Part shown: in pieces, positions 1 through 12,949 of the stretch
How positions within the stretch are numbered: position 1 is the stretch's first letter
Layout: every line of letters starts with the position of its first letter
Source: Eledone cirrhosa
Taxonomy: Eukaryota
Length of the DNA stretch: 64,000 nt
NCBI GenBank assembly: GCA_964016885.1
Contig: OZ024740.1
Coordinates: 148,924,001 to 148,988,000 of the forward strand
Direction of reading: 5' to 3'
Made by a program: the position numbers and the translations under genes
Notes under the pieces: model-generated
Told to the model about the DNA's origin: nothing
The model's input: only the letters and a program-made list of their open reading frames with translations
Database searches by the model: none

Positions 1-120
1 GTATATATAGATATAGATATATATGTATATATATATATATATATATAGACATATATATATGTATATATATATATATATATGTATATATAGATTTTATATA
101 TATATGTATATATATATATG

Positions 121-151
<31 letters not shown>

Positions 152-152
152 G

Positions 153-270
<118 letters not shown>

Positions 271-641
271 TATATTATATTATATTTTGAGAATAAACTC
301 TCAGTCGTTTACAATAATTAAGCTCCAGGAAGGGGCTCTTCCGAGCAGTTAATACATTCACTCTTTTATTTCTATTCCATTTCGATTCTCTTTATTTTTC
401 AATTCACATTCCACCGTTGCGAAACTTATTTGGGTTTCGAGGTTCAAATTCGTCTACAGAACAGGTTTGAATTTTGAAATTTAAATATGTCCAGGAATCA
501 TGGCCGTTGCCAATATAATCTTGTCTTTATTGACTTGTATCGAGACAGACAAATTGTATTCACTTTTATTAGTTTATTTCATTAATAGCTAACTTTGTCT
601 GTTGCAATGTAAACACATTTCGTGTTTATCATATACTTTAA

Positions 642-674
<33 letters not shown>

Positions 675-947
675 ATAAAACATGTCTATAGAATCACCAC
701 ATAAAATATATACCATTTCCTCTCCCAATTAGCATAATTAACCATATAAAAAATCGATTAGACCAAGCTATAAGAATAAAAGCTTCTATGAAGAAATCTC
801 CGACAAATAACCGAAAGCAGCCCTTCGCGTCGGTTGCGACGGAGTATTTATTGCGTATTTCGACAGTGTGTATAAATCGCTCAGATATAGTCAACTAAAC
901 AGAATTAGGTGTAAAATAAACTAGGAGAAAAGTAAACATATTTAGTT

Positions 948-1025
948 ACCTCTACCATGGTTTCGTCCGCATTTTAAGATATCCGATAACATCGGACATC
1001 TAGAGCACCGGACTGTTCAGGAAGT
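948..1025 (-). ncRNA. Hammerhead ribozyme, core-mutated copy
   Basis: acttc-CTGAACA-gtccg...cggac-GAAA-CCATGG-TA-gaggt. The adjacent inverted arm (about 1046-1075) retains CTGAAGA. Confidence 0.6.
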
Positions 1026-1175
1026 TAGCTCAAATTATTTTGAGTTAACTTCCTGAAGAGTCCGGTGCTCTAGATATAGTTTCAAGCTTATTAGCTATCG
1101 TCAGCAACGTATACCTTCCCGCCAGATTGTTGAACGTATATACTTACCTTCTGCATATTAACAGAAGGAAGGTAT

Positions 1176-1218
1176 ACGTTGCTGACGAAAGCTAATAAGC
1201 TTGAAACTAGTACAGCGT
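1176..1218 (+). ncRNA. Type I hammerhead ribozyme (minimal, palindromic stem III)
   Basis: acgttg-CTGACGA-aagct(aata)agctt-GAAA-CTAG-TA^-cagcgt. All core nucleotides and stems I and II are present. Confidence 0.85.
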
Positions 1219-1451
1219 TCCTTTGTCAGTGTTGAACAAACGAGCAACGATGGTTGCTGGACACTACGACTTAATACGGGATGTTTGTTTACAAACACAC
1301 CGAGCATTATAATAAATGTTCGGTGAATCCATACGTACATATATATATGTGTGCATGTATGTATATATATATACATACTACTGTACGTCTGTATACATAT
1401 ATGTATGTACGTGCACATACTTATATATATACATATATATATATATATGTA

Positions 1452-1496
<45 letters not shown>

Positions 1497-1659
1497 ACAT
1501 ATATGTATATATATATGTATATATATATGTATATATATATGTATATATATATGTATATATATATGTATATATATATATATGTATATATATATGTATATAT
1601 ATATGTATATATATATATATGTATATATATATGTATATATATATATGTATATATATATG

Positions 1660-2267
1660 TCAGGTCACCAGTTGGTGCTACTGGTAACATGTATCCCAGT
1701 ACAACCTGTCTCATGGTCGGGTCGTTGGCGACTAAACTGGCAACCCCACCAAGGTTTCTTGGTGAGGAGGGTGACTTTGGACATCCTGCAGGACTAAAAA
1801 CAAAACCTGTCAAAGGGCAAGGGAGCTCTTAAGACTCAATAGCCATCCAAAATCACCGGGAGAGATGACCCCTTAGCCTTTGTCAAGGCAGAATTCTAGG
1901 AGAAGGAAAACTCTGATATAACACCTGCAACCCTGATGGTATCCAATGATGTTGACTTGTTCTTCTTTTTGGTAAATATCATCTTGGTTAAGAGAGTGGG
2001 ACTGGCTTTGTGCAGTGCCTTTGCTCACTATAAAAGCTTCACAGCACAGGCATTGCTTTATATCTGGAGATCTCTCTGCACTTGTCATCACATGGTACCA
2101 TGGGCCCTGCACTATGTGTCAATAATGGTCACAAGTGTAGTCTTTGTACCAGAGTTTTCAAGTCGCTGGCTGGACTAAAAAGTCACATTCGTTCAGCGAA
2201 TCGGTAGGGGTTCTCCTACATGGATATAAAGTAGTGGCCGTACTCGAAAACGAGTTAGCAGCCACCA
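1660..2267 (+). mobile_element. ~610-bp non-coding element inserted in (TA)n (copy at 4951-5354; diverged relative at 56740-57165)
   Basis: Near-identical second copy. The diverged relative shares the head acaacctgt.tcatggtcgggtcgt and the tail gagtt.gcagcc. Confidence 0.75.
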
Positions 2268-2305
2268 TATATATATGTATATATATATATGTATATATAT
2301 ATGTA

Positions 2306-2354
<49 letters not shown>

Positions 2355-2485
2355 GTATATATATGTATATATATATATGTATATATATATATGTATATAT
2401 ATATGTATATATATATATATGTATATATATATGTATATATATATGTATATTTATATATGTATATATATATGTATATATATATATG

Positions 2486-2517
<32 letters not shown>

Positions 2518-2541
2518 TATCTATATATGTATATATATATA

Positions 2542-2620
<79 letters not shown>

Positions 2621-2640
2621 ATATATATATATATGTGTAT

Positions 2641-3076
2641 AATAAAGTTAAATAAAAGTCAAATGATTAAAATTTAGCTTCGTTTATTACTGCTATATAT
2701 ATTTCAGTGACAGCCATCTTTGGCTGTGATCTCTTCAGGCAGTTTGAATTAGTATGGTATAGACAAGTACATATGTTGTTTAGGTGTATGATATTGTCAA
2801 TACTCTGATATGCCCAGTTCCTTGTTGGGTTGTTAATTCACTGGGGAACTGGAGTCATATGACTCCAGTTCCCCAGTGAATTAACAACCCAACAAGGAAC
2901 TGGGCATATCAGAGTATTGACAATATCATACACCTAAACAACATATGTACTTGTCTATACCATACTAATTCAAACTGCCTGAAGAGATCACAGCCAAAGA
3001 TGGCTGTCACTGAAATATATATAGCAGTAATAAACGAAGCTAAATTTTAATCATTTGACTTTTATTTAACTTTATT
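2641..3076. repeat. Perfect 436-bp palindrome (218-bp arms, no spacer)
   Basis: Centre ggagtcat|atgactcc at 2858/2859. The arms are exact reverse complements as read. Confidence 0.95.
2974..3028 (+). ncRNA. Type I hammerhead ribozyme (mirror copy on - strand at 2689-2743)
   Basis: actgc-CTGAAGA-...acagcca aaga tggctgt...-GAAA-TATATA-TA^-gcagt. Confidence 0.75.
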
Positions 3077-3175
3077 TTACACTACTCCGGAGTAACCAAA
3101 CCAACCTGCGCACTTCGTCGAGTGCTCCAGCCTGCATACTGAGGTGTTGGTATACAACCAACATAAACTCAAAAT

Positions 3176-3869
<694 letters not shown>

Positions 3870-3871
<2 letters not shown>

Positions 3872-4600
3872 AAACAAACATCCCGAATTAAGTCGTACAT
3901 TGTCTAGCAACCATCGTTACCCATTTGTTCAACACTGACAAAGGAACGCTGTACTAATTCGGGATGTTTGTTTACAAACACACCGAGCATTATAATAAAT
4001 GTTCGCTGATTACATACGTACATATATATATGTGTGCATGTATGTATATATATATATATATACATACTACTGTACGTCTGTATACACATATATATGTACG
4101 TGTACGTGTACATACTTATATTTAAGTAACAGCCGTACTAAGTGTGAGAAATGAAATTTCGTTTCATTTTTTCCGTTTATCGTTTTCGGTATCCCAGCCG
4201 ATTAACTCACTCGAAATGCAAATTTGGCTGCACAGCCGTTAATGTGCATAAAGTTTATACTTTCAGACGTTCAACCATCCGGCAGGAAGGTATACTTTGC
4301 TGACGATAGCTAATAAGCTTGAAACTAGTACAGCTTTCCTTTGTCAGTGTTGAACAAATGAGCAACCATGGTTGCTAGACACTACGGCTTAATACGGGAT
4401 GTTTGTTTACAAACACACCGAGCATTTTAATAAATGTTCGGTGAATCCATACGTACATATATATATATGTGTGCATGTATGTATATATATATAGATAATA
4501 CTGTACGTCTGTATACATATATGTATGTACGTATACATACTTATATTTAAGTAACAGCCGTACTAAGAGTGAGAAATGAAATTTCGTTTCATTTTTTCCG
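3870..4600 (+). mobile_element. Non-autonomous PLE-like module: inverted head + ~435-nt partial tandem with hammerhead
   Basis: 3961 and 4396 start the same sequence. 3870-3955 is an inverted copy. Related copies at 1078-1420 and, diverged, 33917-34250. Confidence 0.75.
4294..4336 (+). ncRNA. Type I hammerhead ribozyme (same family as 1176)
   Basis: ttg-CTGACGA-tagct(aata)agctt-GAAA-CTAG-TA^-cag. Stem I is slightly decayed. Confidence 0.7.
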
Positions 4601-5424
4601 TATATATATATATATGTATATATATAATATATATATGTGTGTGTGTGTTTATATGTGTGTGTGTGTGTTTATATGTGTGTGTGTATTTATATATGTGTGT
4701 GTGTGTGTTTGTATATATGTGTGTGTGTGTGTTTGTATATATATATATATATGTACGTATTTGTGTCGGTATATGTATATATTTATTTATGTGTGTGTGT
4801 ATATATATATGTGTGTGTGTTTTTTTGTGTGTATATATATATATATTCATATATGTGCCCGTGTGTGTGTGTGTTTATACATATATATATATGTGCGTTT
4901 GTGCATGTATATATGTATATATATAGAGAGATATATGTATATATATAGAGAGATGACCCCTTAGCCTTTGTCAAAGCAGAATTCTAGGAGAAGGAAAACT
5001 CTGATATAACACCTGCAACCCTGATGGTATCCAATGATGTTGACTTGTTCTTCTTTCTGGTAAATATCATCTTGGTTAAAAGAGTGGGACTGGCTTTGTG
5101 CAGTGCCTTAGCTCACTATAAAAACTTCACGGCACAGGCATTGCTTTATATCTGGAGATCTCTCTGCACTTGTCGTCACATGGTACCATAGGCCCAGCAC
5201 TATGTGTCAATAATTGTCACAAGTGTAGTGTTTGTACCAGATTTTTCAGGTCGCTGGCTGGACTAAAAAGTCACACTCGTTCAGCGCATCGGTAGGGGTT
5301 CTCCTACATGGATATAAAGTAGTGGCCGTACTCGAAAACGAGTTGGCAGCCACCATATGTATATATATATTTATGTGTGTGTGTGCCTGTGTTTATATAT
5401 GTATTTATGTGTGTGAAACTGCAT

Positions 5425-5550
5425 CATTAGTGTATTCGGCTCACAATCGCAAGGTTGTGAATTCGATTCCCGGCGGCGAGGTGTGTCCTTGGGCAAGGCA
5501 CTTTATTTCCCGTTGCTCCAGTCCACTCAGCGGGCAAAAATGAGTTGTAC
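5425..5550 (+). mobile_element. Second tRNA-derived SINE family (relative at 23405-23520)
   Basis: B-box-like ga(a/g)ttcgattcc followed by tgtccttggg..aggcact.tattt...gttgctcc. Confidence 0.65.
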
Positions 5551-5903
5551 TTGTAATTCGGAGGACCAGCATTATCACACTGAATTTCCCCGACAACTCG
5601 CCATTTGGAACCCATGTGGCGAGTTCTCGGGGTAGTTCAAGGTGTGTGCTCCATCTCAATTCTACTTTTGAAAAGCACAAGAACTGCGAAACCGGTAAAG
5701 GAACCAAATAAATGTTTTTAAAAAGACTCCATTTTCATTTTCTATTTTTTTCCTTATACTTTCACTCGTGTAGGACATCTCGTTTTTTTTTCATTTTGTA
5801 AAAAAACCTCATTTTCTAATATATATATATACTCACAAATACAAAGGTGCACGCATCCAATTATACATGACTATTTTTTTTAAAACTGTATTTCTCTTTA
5901 TAG

Positions 5904-6070
5904 ACTCATCGCAATTGTTCCTGTATTACGGGTCAGTTGTTGGATACAGCTGTGGATGGAAAATGCACTCCGCCAAAATGTACTCATTATTATACAACAA
6001 TAGGCTGCCTCTTTCTGTTTACACTGCTCTCCTTTATAGCACAGACACCAATGGTCACTGTAGTACTCAG
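5904..6070 (+). CDS. SLCO4A1: SLCO/OATP organic anion transporter (SLCO4A1-like), antepenultimate coding exon
   Basis: Polypyrimidine acceptor tttctctttatag and donor AG|gtaatt. Translates THRNCSCITGQLLDTAVDGKCTPPKCTHYYTTIGCLFLFTLLSFIAQTPMVTVVL(R), i.e. the OATP NCSCI...A..GKC...C + TM10 signature. Phase 2 end matches the next exon. The subfamily assignment is tentative. Confidence 0.85.
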
Positions 6071-6306
6071 GTAATTTAACTAATAATCTTATTTTTATGA
6101 AGTAAATTTTAATGCATTCAACAAATAGGGAAACAGGTTAAAAATGTCGAGTATGCTTGTTACTCCTCTTGACCTCCAAACCATAGCTGTATTTCATTTT
6201 ACATTCATTTAAATCAGTTGTAATAATGTCCTTCCATGTCTTATTTACTCTTTATTAAACATATATGCACTAAATTTCAATGACACTTTTCTCCCCACCC
6301 TTCTCT

Positions 6307-6435
<129 letters not shown>

Positions 6436-6680
6436 TAAAAATCAATACTCACACGCACACGCACTACTGGGTTAGTTCAGATCTAGCTGTCGAAACGGCC
6501 GGAGCTCAGCCATCGCGGTCCTGATTCTTTTCTTATCCTCTTGCCCACTAAATATTAACACTTCTAATATTTAATACTGCCGGCACTAGTATTGAGCACC
6601 TTTTGCATACGCTATTTGGCAAACAACTACATGTATCACCTATCCTTTCTTTTTTTCTCTCACTCGATACGTAAATACTT

Positions 6681-6725
<45 letters not shown>

Positions 6726-6854
6726 AAAGTTCTATTTAAACTGTTGGGATACAACAAGCAAATATTTTTATAACTGATATAAAGCACTCAACAAATAATT
6801 GGAGTAAAAATACGATATTGACAAATGGAAACTATATTTATATAACCATATTTA

Positions 6855-6915
6855 TTTCATTATACATATTTCCAGGAAACCAAGTTAAATTAGGGTGTGC
6901 TTTCATCAGATAAAA
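6855..6915 (-). ncRNA. Hammerhead ribozyme in the PLE 3' pLTR
   Basis: ttttat-CTGATGA-(stem II, decayed)-GAAA-TATGTA-TA^-atgaaa. Confidence 0.7.
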
Positions 6916-7115
6916 TATAATATAGAGCAGTTTTATAAATAAATATTGACATACCCTTAAATAATGCAACCATTACTGTTGGAAGCTCCCGGATAGTGGA
7001 GTTATATTTATACTTATAGTATTAGGTAAGTTAGTATTGGATATTTTTAAATAAGCCGTTGGGTTACGGAGAAAGAGAAAGAGAAAGAGCAGAATAACAG
7101 AGAGAAAAAAGAGAG

Positions 7116-7166
<51 letters not shown>

Positions 7167-8517
7167 ATAACAACAGAGAGAGAAAAGAAATAGAAATAGA
7201 AAAAATAAAAAGAGAGAGAGAGGAGAAAGGGAAAGGAGAGAGAGAGGGAAAACTCCAAGTCATATCTTGTTGATTTATCTTAACATTTGAGATGAAATGA
7301 ATAAATAAAATTAGAAATGTTAATAATCATGAATGGAATATACATATATAATATGAGAAATTTAACCATTGTTTATATATGATTAAATGTTTAGTTAATC
7401 AGTTATAATATTGAGATCAATACTTTAAAAATTGAGATCTATATATTAAGAAATCTATATATTATTATTAAGACTATATATTATAAGAAGAATATAACAT
7501 ATATACATACGCAAAAATATAAATATATATACACACGTATATAATATATACATACAAAATATAAAGGATTTTTTAATTTAAGATATAGGAAAACTTATAA
7601 AATCAGAGAAAGTCTTTTTAATGAAATATCAAAGCAGCGTGAAGGAAAATTACGTTACTTAGTTATATAGATGTTACAATTGTTAAGATATTAAAGGAAT
7701 TTTTTTTGTTATACACACTTTATGTTATTATACAAAATTTTATATAAGTTTTATAAGGTTAACCTGTTATGTAGTTATGACTGTTATTATATGTTTATTT
7801 GTCACGAACCTTGGGATAATCTCTATAAATAAGTGCAATCGAATTGTATGCGTATATATATATATATATATACATACACAATTCACACATATACATATAT
7901 ATATATATACACATGTACCCACACGAATATGTAGATATGCATCACATACACATATACATACAAATAGACATACACGCATAAAACGTATGTATATGTATAT
8001 CAATACACACATATACATACACATACGCACATATATAGAGAGAATAATATATAAATATAGTACATAGTATAATTGAAGTACATAAAATACAAAATAATTA
8101 TATTACGATTTGGAAATATAATTATAAGCAATATAACTTTAAAACAATATAATAATTTTAAAAATATTATAGAATATTTCAAGTTATAATTTTAAAATAA
8201 TGATTTGTTTAATAAACTTAATATAAAAATTGTCTACGTATATTTAACTTAATTTACTTTTATATCCATAAGAGAAAGAAAAAGAAAAAGAAACTTTCAA
8301 AAGATAAACTTTCGAAAATAGGAGAAACTATCAAAAATTATTTTCCCCTTTTAAGAGCTTTCAGTATATTTCTCTAGAAGAATTTATTATGTTTATTTAT
8401 ATTTAGGAAGAAAAGTTTTTTTTACTTGACTGTATAATCAGTAAAAAAAAATGAATGAATCTAATGATTTATCGTTAGGTTCAATATATTAATAAAAATT
8501 AATTAATTAATTATATA

Positions 8518-10464
8518 TTACGTTTTAAATTTATATTTAAACGTTGAGTTCAATCTATGTCTACAGCAACTGAATAAATTGTTGCTTAGGTTCAGGGAAT
8601 TTTTGGTCTTTAATATAAAGAATATTTCGTGTATACAAAGATCACAATTTTCTGAAGAGGAGTTAAAAGGAGTAGCTTGTGAAATAATATTCCAAATCAA
8701 CGAATATTTAACATTCTTTAGTTTGAGGTCCCATAATAAGCTAGATAGAGAAGTTGAAAATTTTTTGTTTGGATCCGTAAAAGAATTTTTATGATTATTG
8801 AAGCGGGATTTAAACTCTGTGGAAGTGGATCCCACATAATTAAATGAATTTAAATTAGTTTTTACATTACAATTATATACTATATTTTTAGCTAAGCAAT
8901 TGTTATTTAACGGACAGTTAGATTTAATTCTACAGTTACATTTATCAAATTGGATATTGCTTGGGTAATTAGTGGTATTTTGGTTAGATTTTAAATTTCT
9001 ATTATTAATTCTATTAATATTTTGCGCTAAGTTTTTGGTGGAAGAATAAGTTAATTTTATAGTATGTCTATTAAAAATTGAATAATATCTATGTGTTCTA
9101 GGGAAGCATTTGTCAAGAGCTTTAAAAAATAGTTTAGCAATAGGGGTTTTAATATTTAATGAGAAAGGAGGAGCGAACCATAATATGTTCCTAGTTCTAT
9201 TTCTTTTTTTGTTTTCGGAATTATTGTAAGGTTTTCTATTATAGTTGTTAAAATTGTTACGATTATGGTTAGATGTTAGATTATTATTATCAATGTATTT
9301 AATTTTATTTCTATACCCAGCTCTACCTAACGCTTCGTTGTAATAATGTGCTTTTTCATCAACTATATTCTTATTAGCTGAAATTCTCGAAATTCGTTCC
9401 TGTACAGAGTTCACTATAGTATTTTTAACGGATATGTGGTGATTAGAGTTAAAATTGACGTAGTTTAAGTTCTCATTTAGTTTGTGAAATGGATAATGAA
9501 GACATGTGTTAAGGTTTAGTGTTACATCTAGAAAGTTAATTATTTTATGGTTATTCTCTATTTCTATTTTTATATTAAGGTAATTAAAAAATTGTATAAT
9601 TTGTTTTCTTTTTCTATTTAGTTCACAGTTATTATTTTCTATAAGTAAAAGCATGTCGTCACGATATAAACCTCCGGTTAAATCAGGTATTTTTCTATGT
9701 AGAGAATTATTTATAAAGAGGCCCACAAGATCCGTTACCTGAGCAGAATCGGATGATCACATAGTTATATCGAAGTTATTATTTCTATCTGCCCTAGTCC
9801 AGAGTTGGTTATTAAATTCTATTAATGTTTTCCGTACCGATAATATAATGTACATTTCATTGCTAGTTAAGTCTGTATGTTTAAATGCGTAAGTTAGTGC
9901 TTTATTCAGTAGATTCTGAGTGATAGATGAGTAATAGTTAGCAATATCCAACTGAATAAACTTATTATTATAGTTATATTTAATTTCCTTAAACCAATCG
10001 ATAACTTCACTAGTTCCTTTCCATAATTTTAAATAAGATAAATTCTTAATTTGTGGTATTATTCTGTCTAAAATGTTTTTGCTAAGTCTGCCAAGGTCCG
10101 ATTTAGATGGTGCAATTAATCTTTTTTTGTGATCCTTCATATTAATCTTAGGTTTCCTTGGCATGAAGGGTTGTGTTTTATTTTCAATGCCTAGTTCATG
10201 CATTATATAAGCGGCTTCGGTATTCAATTTTCCAAGGTCGTCATTATTTGCTACTTTGTATTTCTTCCTTAATTCCTTTAATATAAGATCGTTATAAATG
10301 TCCTTTTGTATTCCGTAAAGATTATTGGTTTTGTCAGACTTGACTAGAATTTTCTCCGTTCTCTCCAAGTTTTCAATATTATTTTTAATATTTCTTAAGT
10401 AATCCTGGCCTTTGAAGTTGTTTTTGAATTTGATGCTTTGGATGATAGATATGATTTCATTTTC
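8518..10464 (-). pseudogene. PLE reverse transcriptase-GIY-YIG endonuclease ORF (one in-frame TGA, 5'-truncated)
   Basis: ORFs 9757-10368 and 8518-9726 are in the same frame. Motifs: KSDKT, LDIANYY, FDITM*SSDSAQVTDLVGL, GLYRDD, NFLDVTL, CNC...CPL...C, IVY...YVGST...FKSRFNNH, CDLC..E, CCRH. The frame stays open up to 10464. Confidence 0.9.
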
Positions 10465-10777
10465 CTATATTTAAATTAAAAAATCCTTTATATTTTGTAT
10501 GTATATATTATATACGTAGTTAGATATATATATATATTTTTTTATACGTGTGTATATATATTTATATTTTTGCGTATGTATATGTGTTATACTCTTCTTA
10601 TAATATATAGTCTTAATAATAATATATAGATTTCTTAATATATAGATCTCAATTTTTAAAGTATTGATCTCAATATTATAACTGATTAACTAAACATTTA
10701 ATCATATATAAACAATGGTTAAATTTCTCATATTATATATGTATATCCCATTCATGATTATTAACATTTCTAATTTT

Positions 10778-11365
10778 AAATTAGAGAACGTAGAAATAAA
10801 AATAGAATCTTCACACAGAAAAGACGCAATGTTTAGACAAATCACAGAGGCAATAAACATAAAAGAATTACAACCAAAATTAAATAGAAAACATGAGTGG
10901 AACAGCAACATCACAACTTACAATTAAGGACAAAATGAAAACACACACGCACATAGAACAAACAAACAACCAGTAACACACAGAAATAAACACACACAGA
11001 CACCCGGATGTGGCGCATCCGCAGACTGAGCACACAACACACACACAGAAAAAAGATGGCGTAGGACAGAACAAAGGAGAGGCACAAAAAACAAAGAAAA
11101 GAATCCCCAGTCACTGAAGAGGTCACAGAATGTGTGACGAAAGAACTTTGACAATATATAAACAACCATCTGGTTGTGGAACCAACTAACCAACCGGAAA
11201 TTTATAAATTTATAAATTTATAAATTTATTATAATAAATTGAAGTGAAAGCAACTTGTGCGTGTGTTTCTTATTGGCAACATGACCCTCCCAAAGTATAA
11301 CAATATCGGTTTCAACACACGTTTTCAGATAAAGAACTTGCTAAACAAATTCAGAAACGAAATAT
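10778..11365 (+). mobile_element. 3' end of a second PLE family (GIY-YIG C-terminus + 3' UTR with hammerhead)
   Basis: KLENVEIKIESSHRKDAMFRQITEAINIKELQPKLNRKHEWN resembles a GIY-YIG tail (RQI.EA..I....LN.K.EW). Nearly identical to 60590-61137. Confidence 0.75.
11110..11152 (+). ncRNA. Hammerhead ribozyme of PLE family B (also 60943-60985 + and 60373-60415 -)
   Basis: gtca-CTGAAGA-g-gtcaca(gaatg)tgtgac-GAAA-gaac-TT^-tgac. Confidence 0.7.
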
Positions 11366-11559
11366 ATTTATATAGCTAGCTAGCTATCTCTCTATTGATT
11401 TATCCATTTTTCTGTCTGGTCGTAGGTATAGCTAACTATCAACCTATCTATCTAGCTTCTAAACTTCCTAACTAATTACCTATTGTACAAGCTCTCTACG
11501 TACCTACTACCTACCTACTTACCTAGATAGATAAATACAATATTCTTCTTCAATCCCTA

Positions 11560-12880
11560 GCTGGCAATTGGAGAAGGCCGCCCTCTCGACCAATACGCTG
11601 CTGTGGCTGCTGTTGGATGATGGGCTCCGATGATGATGGTGTTCTTCCACTCTTTTTTATCCATGGCGCTAACCTTAGCATGGTCAAAATCGAGGCGCTG
11701 TGATTTCAGGTCCTCCTCTAATTGTTTTGCTCATATCTTCTCCGGAGCACTGAACGGGATTCTCCAGTGTAAGGTTCGCTATCGTGATAAACACCTGACT
11801 GGTGTTGGTATTGCACTCGGATGTTGATGTTTGAGATTCGGCTGTGTAAAGAGACACCAAGGATCTGACGAACACATCGCATTTGGAACACCTTGAGGTT
11901 GTTCAAGTCTTGTTTGTGGATGGTCCAGCTCTCAGCGCTGTAGAGGAGGACAGGTATGCCTAGCGTGCGGAAAAGCTGGATCTTTGTCGTTATGGAGTTA
12001 TGAGACTTCTGGCAGATACACCTACGAAAAGATCCAAAAGCGGAAGACGCAGACCGGTCAAGCAGTTGATCTCTGCTGTTGACCCCACTTCTGCAACCAG
12101 TGAGCTCAGTAGTTGAACTCCCAGACGTGCTCAATCTGAATGCCATCAAGATGAACAATGACCAGCGAGCCATCTGTTGTTAGAACATTTGTCTTTTCTT
12201 CTTTGATCCTGTAACCATGAGGCCGTTAGATAATGTAGTGCAAGATATCTGTTGCTTTAGCGTCATTGTGGGTGAAAATGCTGCTGTCATCGGCAAACAT
12301 GAATTCGCGGATTTGTTGGTGTCAAACTGTACACCATTTGAAAGGTTGCCGCATGATGCTTTCAATGATAACATTGAACAGTAGAGGCGAGACTACATCT
12401 TTTTGTCGCCCGCTTGTCCTGAAGGCGAATTCCTCGGAGAGGTTATTTCTTATCTGGACCAGGCCTGTTGAACCAACATAAGCCGAGTATAGGAGCACAA
12501 TGATTTTCTCAAGCACTTGTTCGTTTTCCAACGATCTCCATAGGGCGGTTCAGTCGACGCAATCTAAGGCGAACTTGAAGTCAATGTATGCAACGACTGT
12601 CTGTTGTCCACAGGACGTTCGGTCTTCCAGGAGCTGACGAAAGGCAGCGACTTGTTCGCAACATCCGCGCCCATGTCAGAAATCAGCTTGTACTTCTCTG
12701 CTGATCTGCTCGTGATGCTTTGGAGCCGCAATTTAATTATCTTCATAAAGACCTTCCAAGCAATGGAGAATAGGTTAAAGCCCCTGTAGGTTTTCCATTC
12801 CCTGCTGTCACCTTTCTTATGGATGGGAATAATGGTGGGTTTTTTCTCGACGGTATGCTGTCTGAGCGCCATATGAGTTG
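11560..12880 (-). mobile_element. Decayed RTE-clade LINE, RT/3' region
   Basis: IIPIHKKGDSREWKTYRG, SEEF..RTSGRQKDVVSPLLFN, PVLLYSAESWT....NNLKVFQMRCVRQILGV. Multiple frameshifts. Confidence 0.85.
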
Positions 12881-12949
12881 GATGAAGGAAAACAAAAAAG
12901 TTAACACTATTATTTTCGTGGTGACAAGCATGAAGTCAGGATCGGCTTA

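Larger units (their letters stand above)
6722..10783 (-). mobile_element. Penelope-like retroelement (Naiad-like), 5'-truncated, with inverted 3'-region segment
   Basis: RT + C-terminal GIY-YIG ORF, long AT-rich 3' region ending in a (TA)n tract, hammerhead near the 3' end, and 10464-10783 is an inverted copy of 7309-7590. Confidence 0.9.

Noticed and set aside
1690-1745. HDV-like ribozyme at the head of the 610-bp element (ccagt...gtcg ttgg cga-ctaa-actgg)
   Set aside because: P2, P4 and CUAA-like parts are present, but I could not place P1/P3/L3 in the required nested order.
9757-9759. In-frame TGA in the Naiad-like ORF as a selenocysteine codon (some Naiad PLEs are reported to encode selenoproteins)
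   Set aside because: It falls on the conserved Gly of the RT MGS motif (GGA>TGA, one substitution), not on a Cys position. The copy is also truncated, so a nonsense mutation is more likely.
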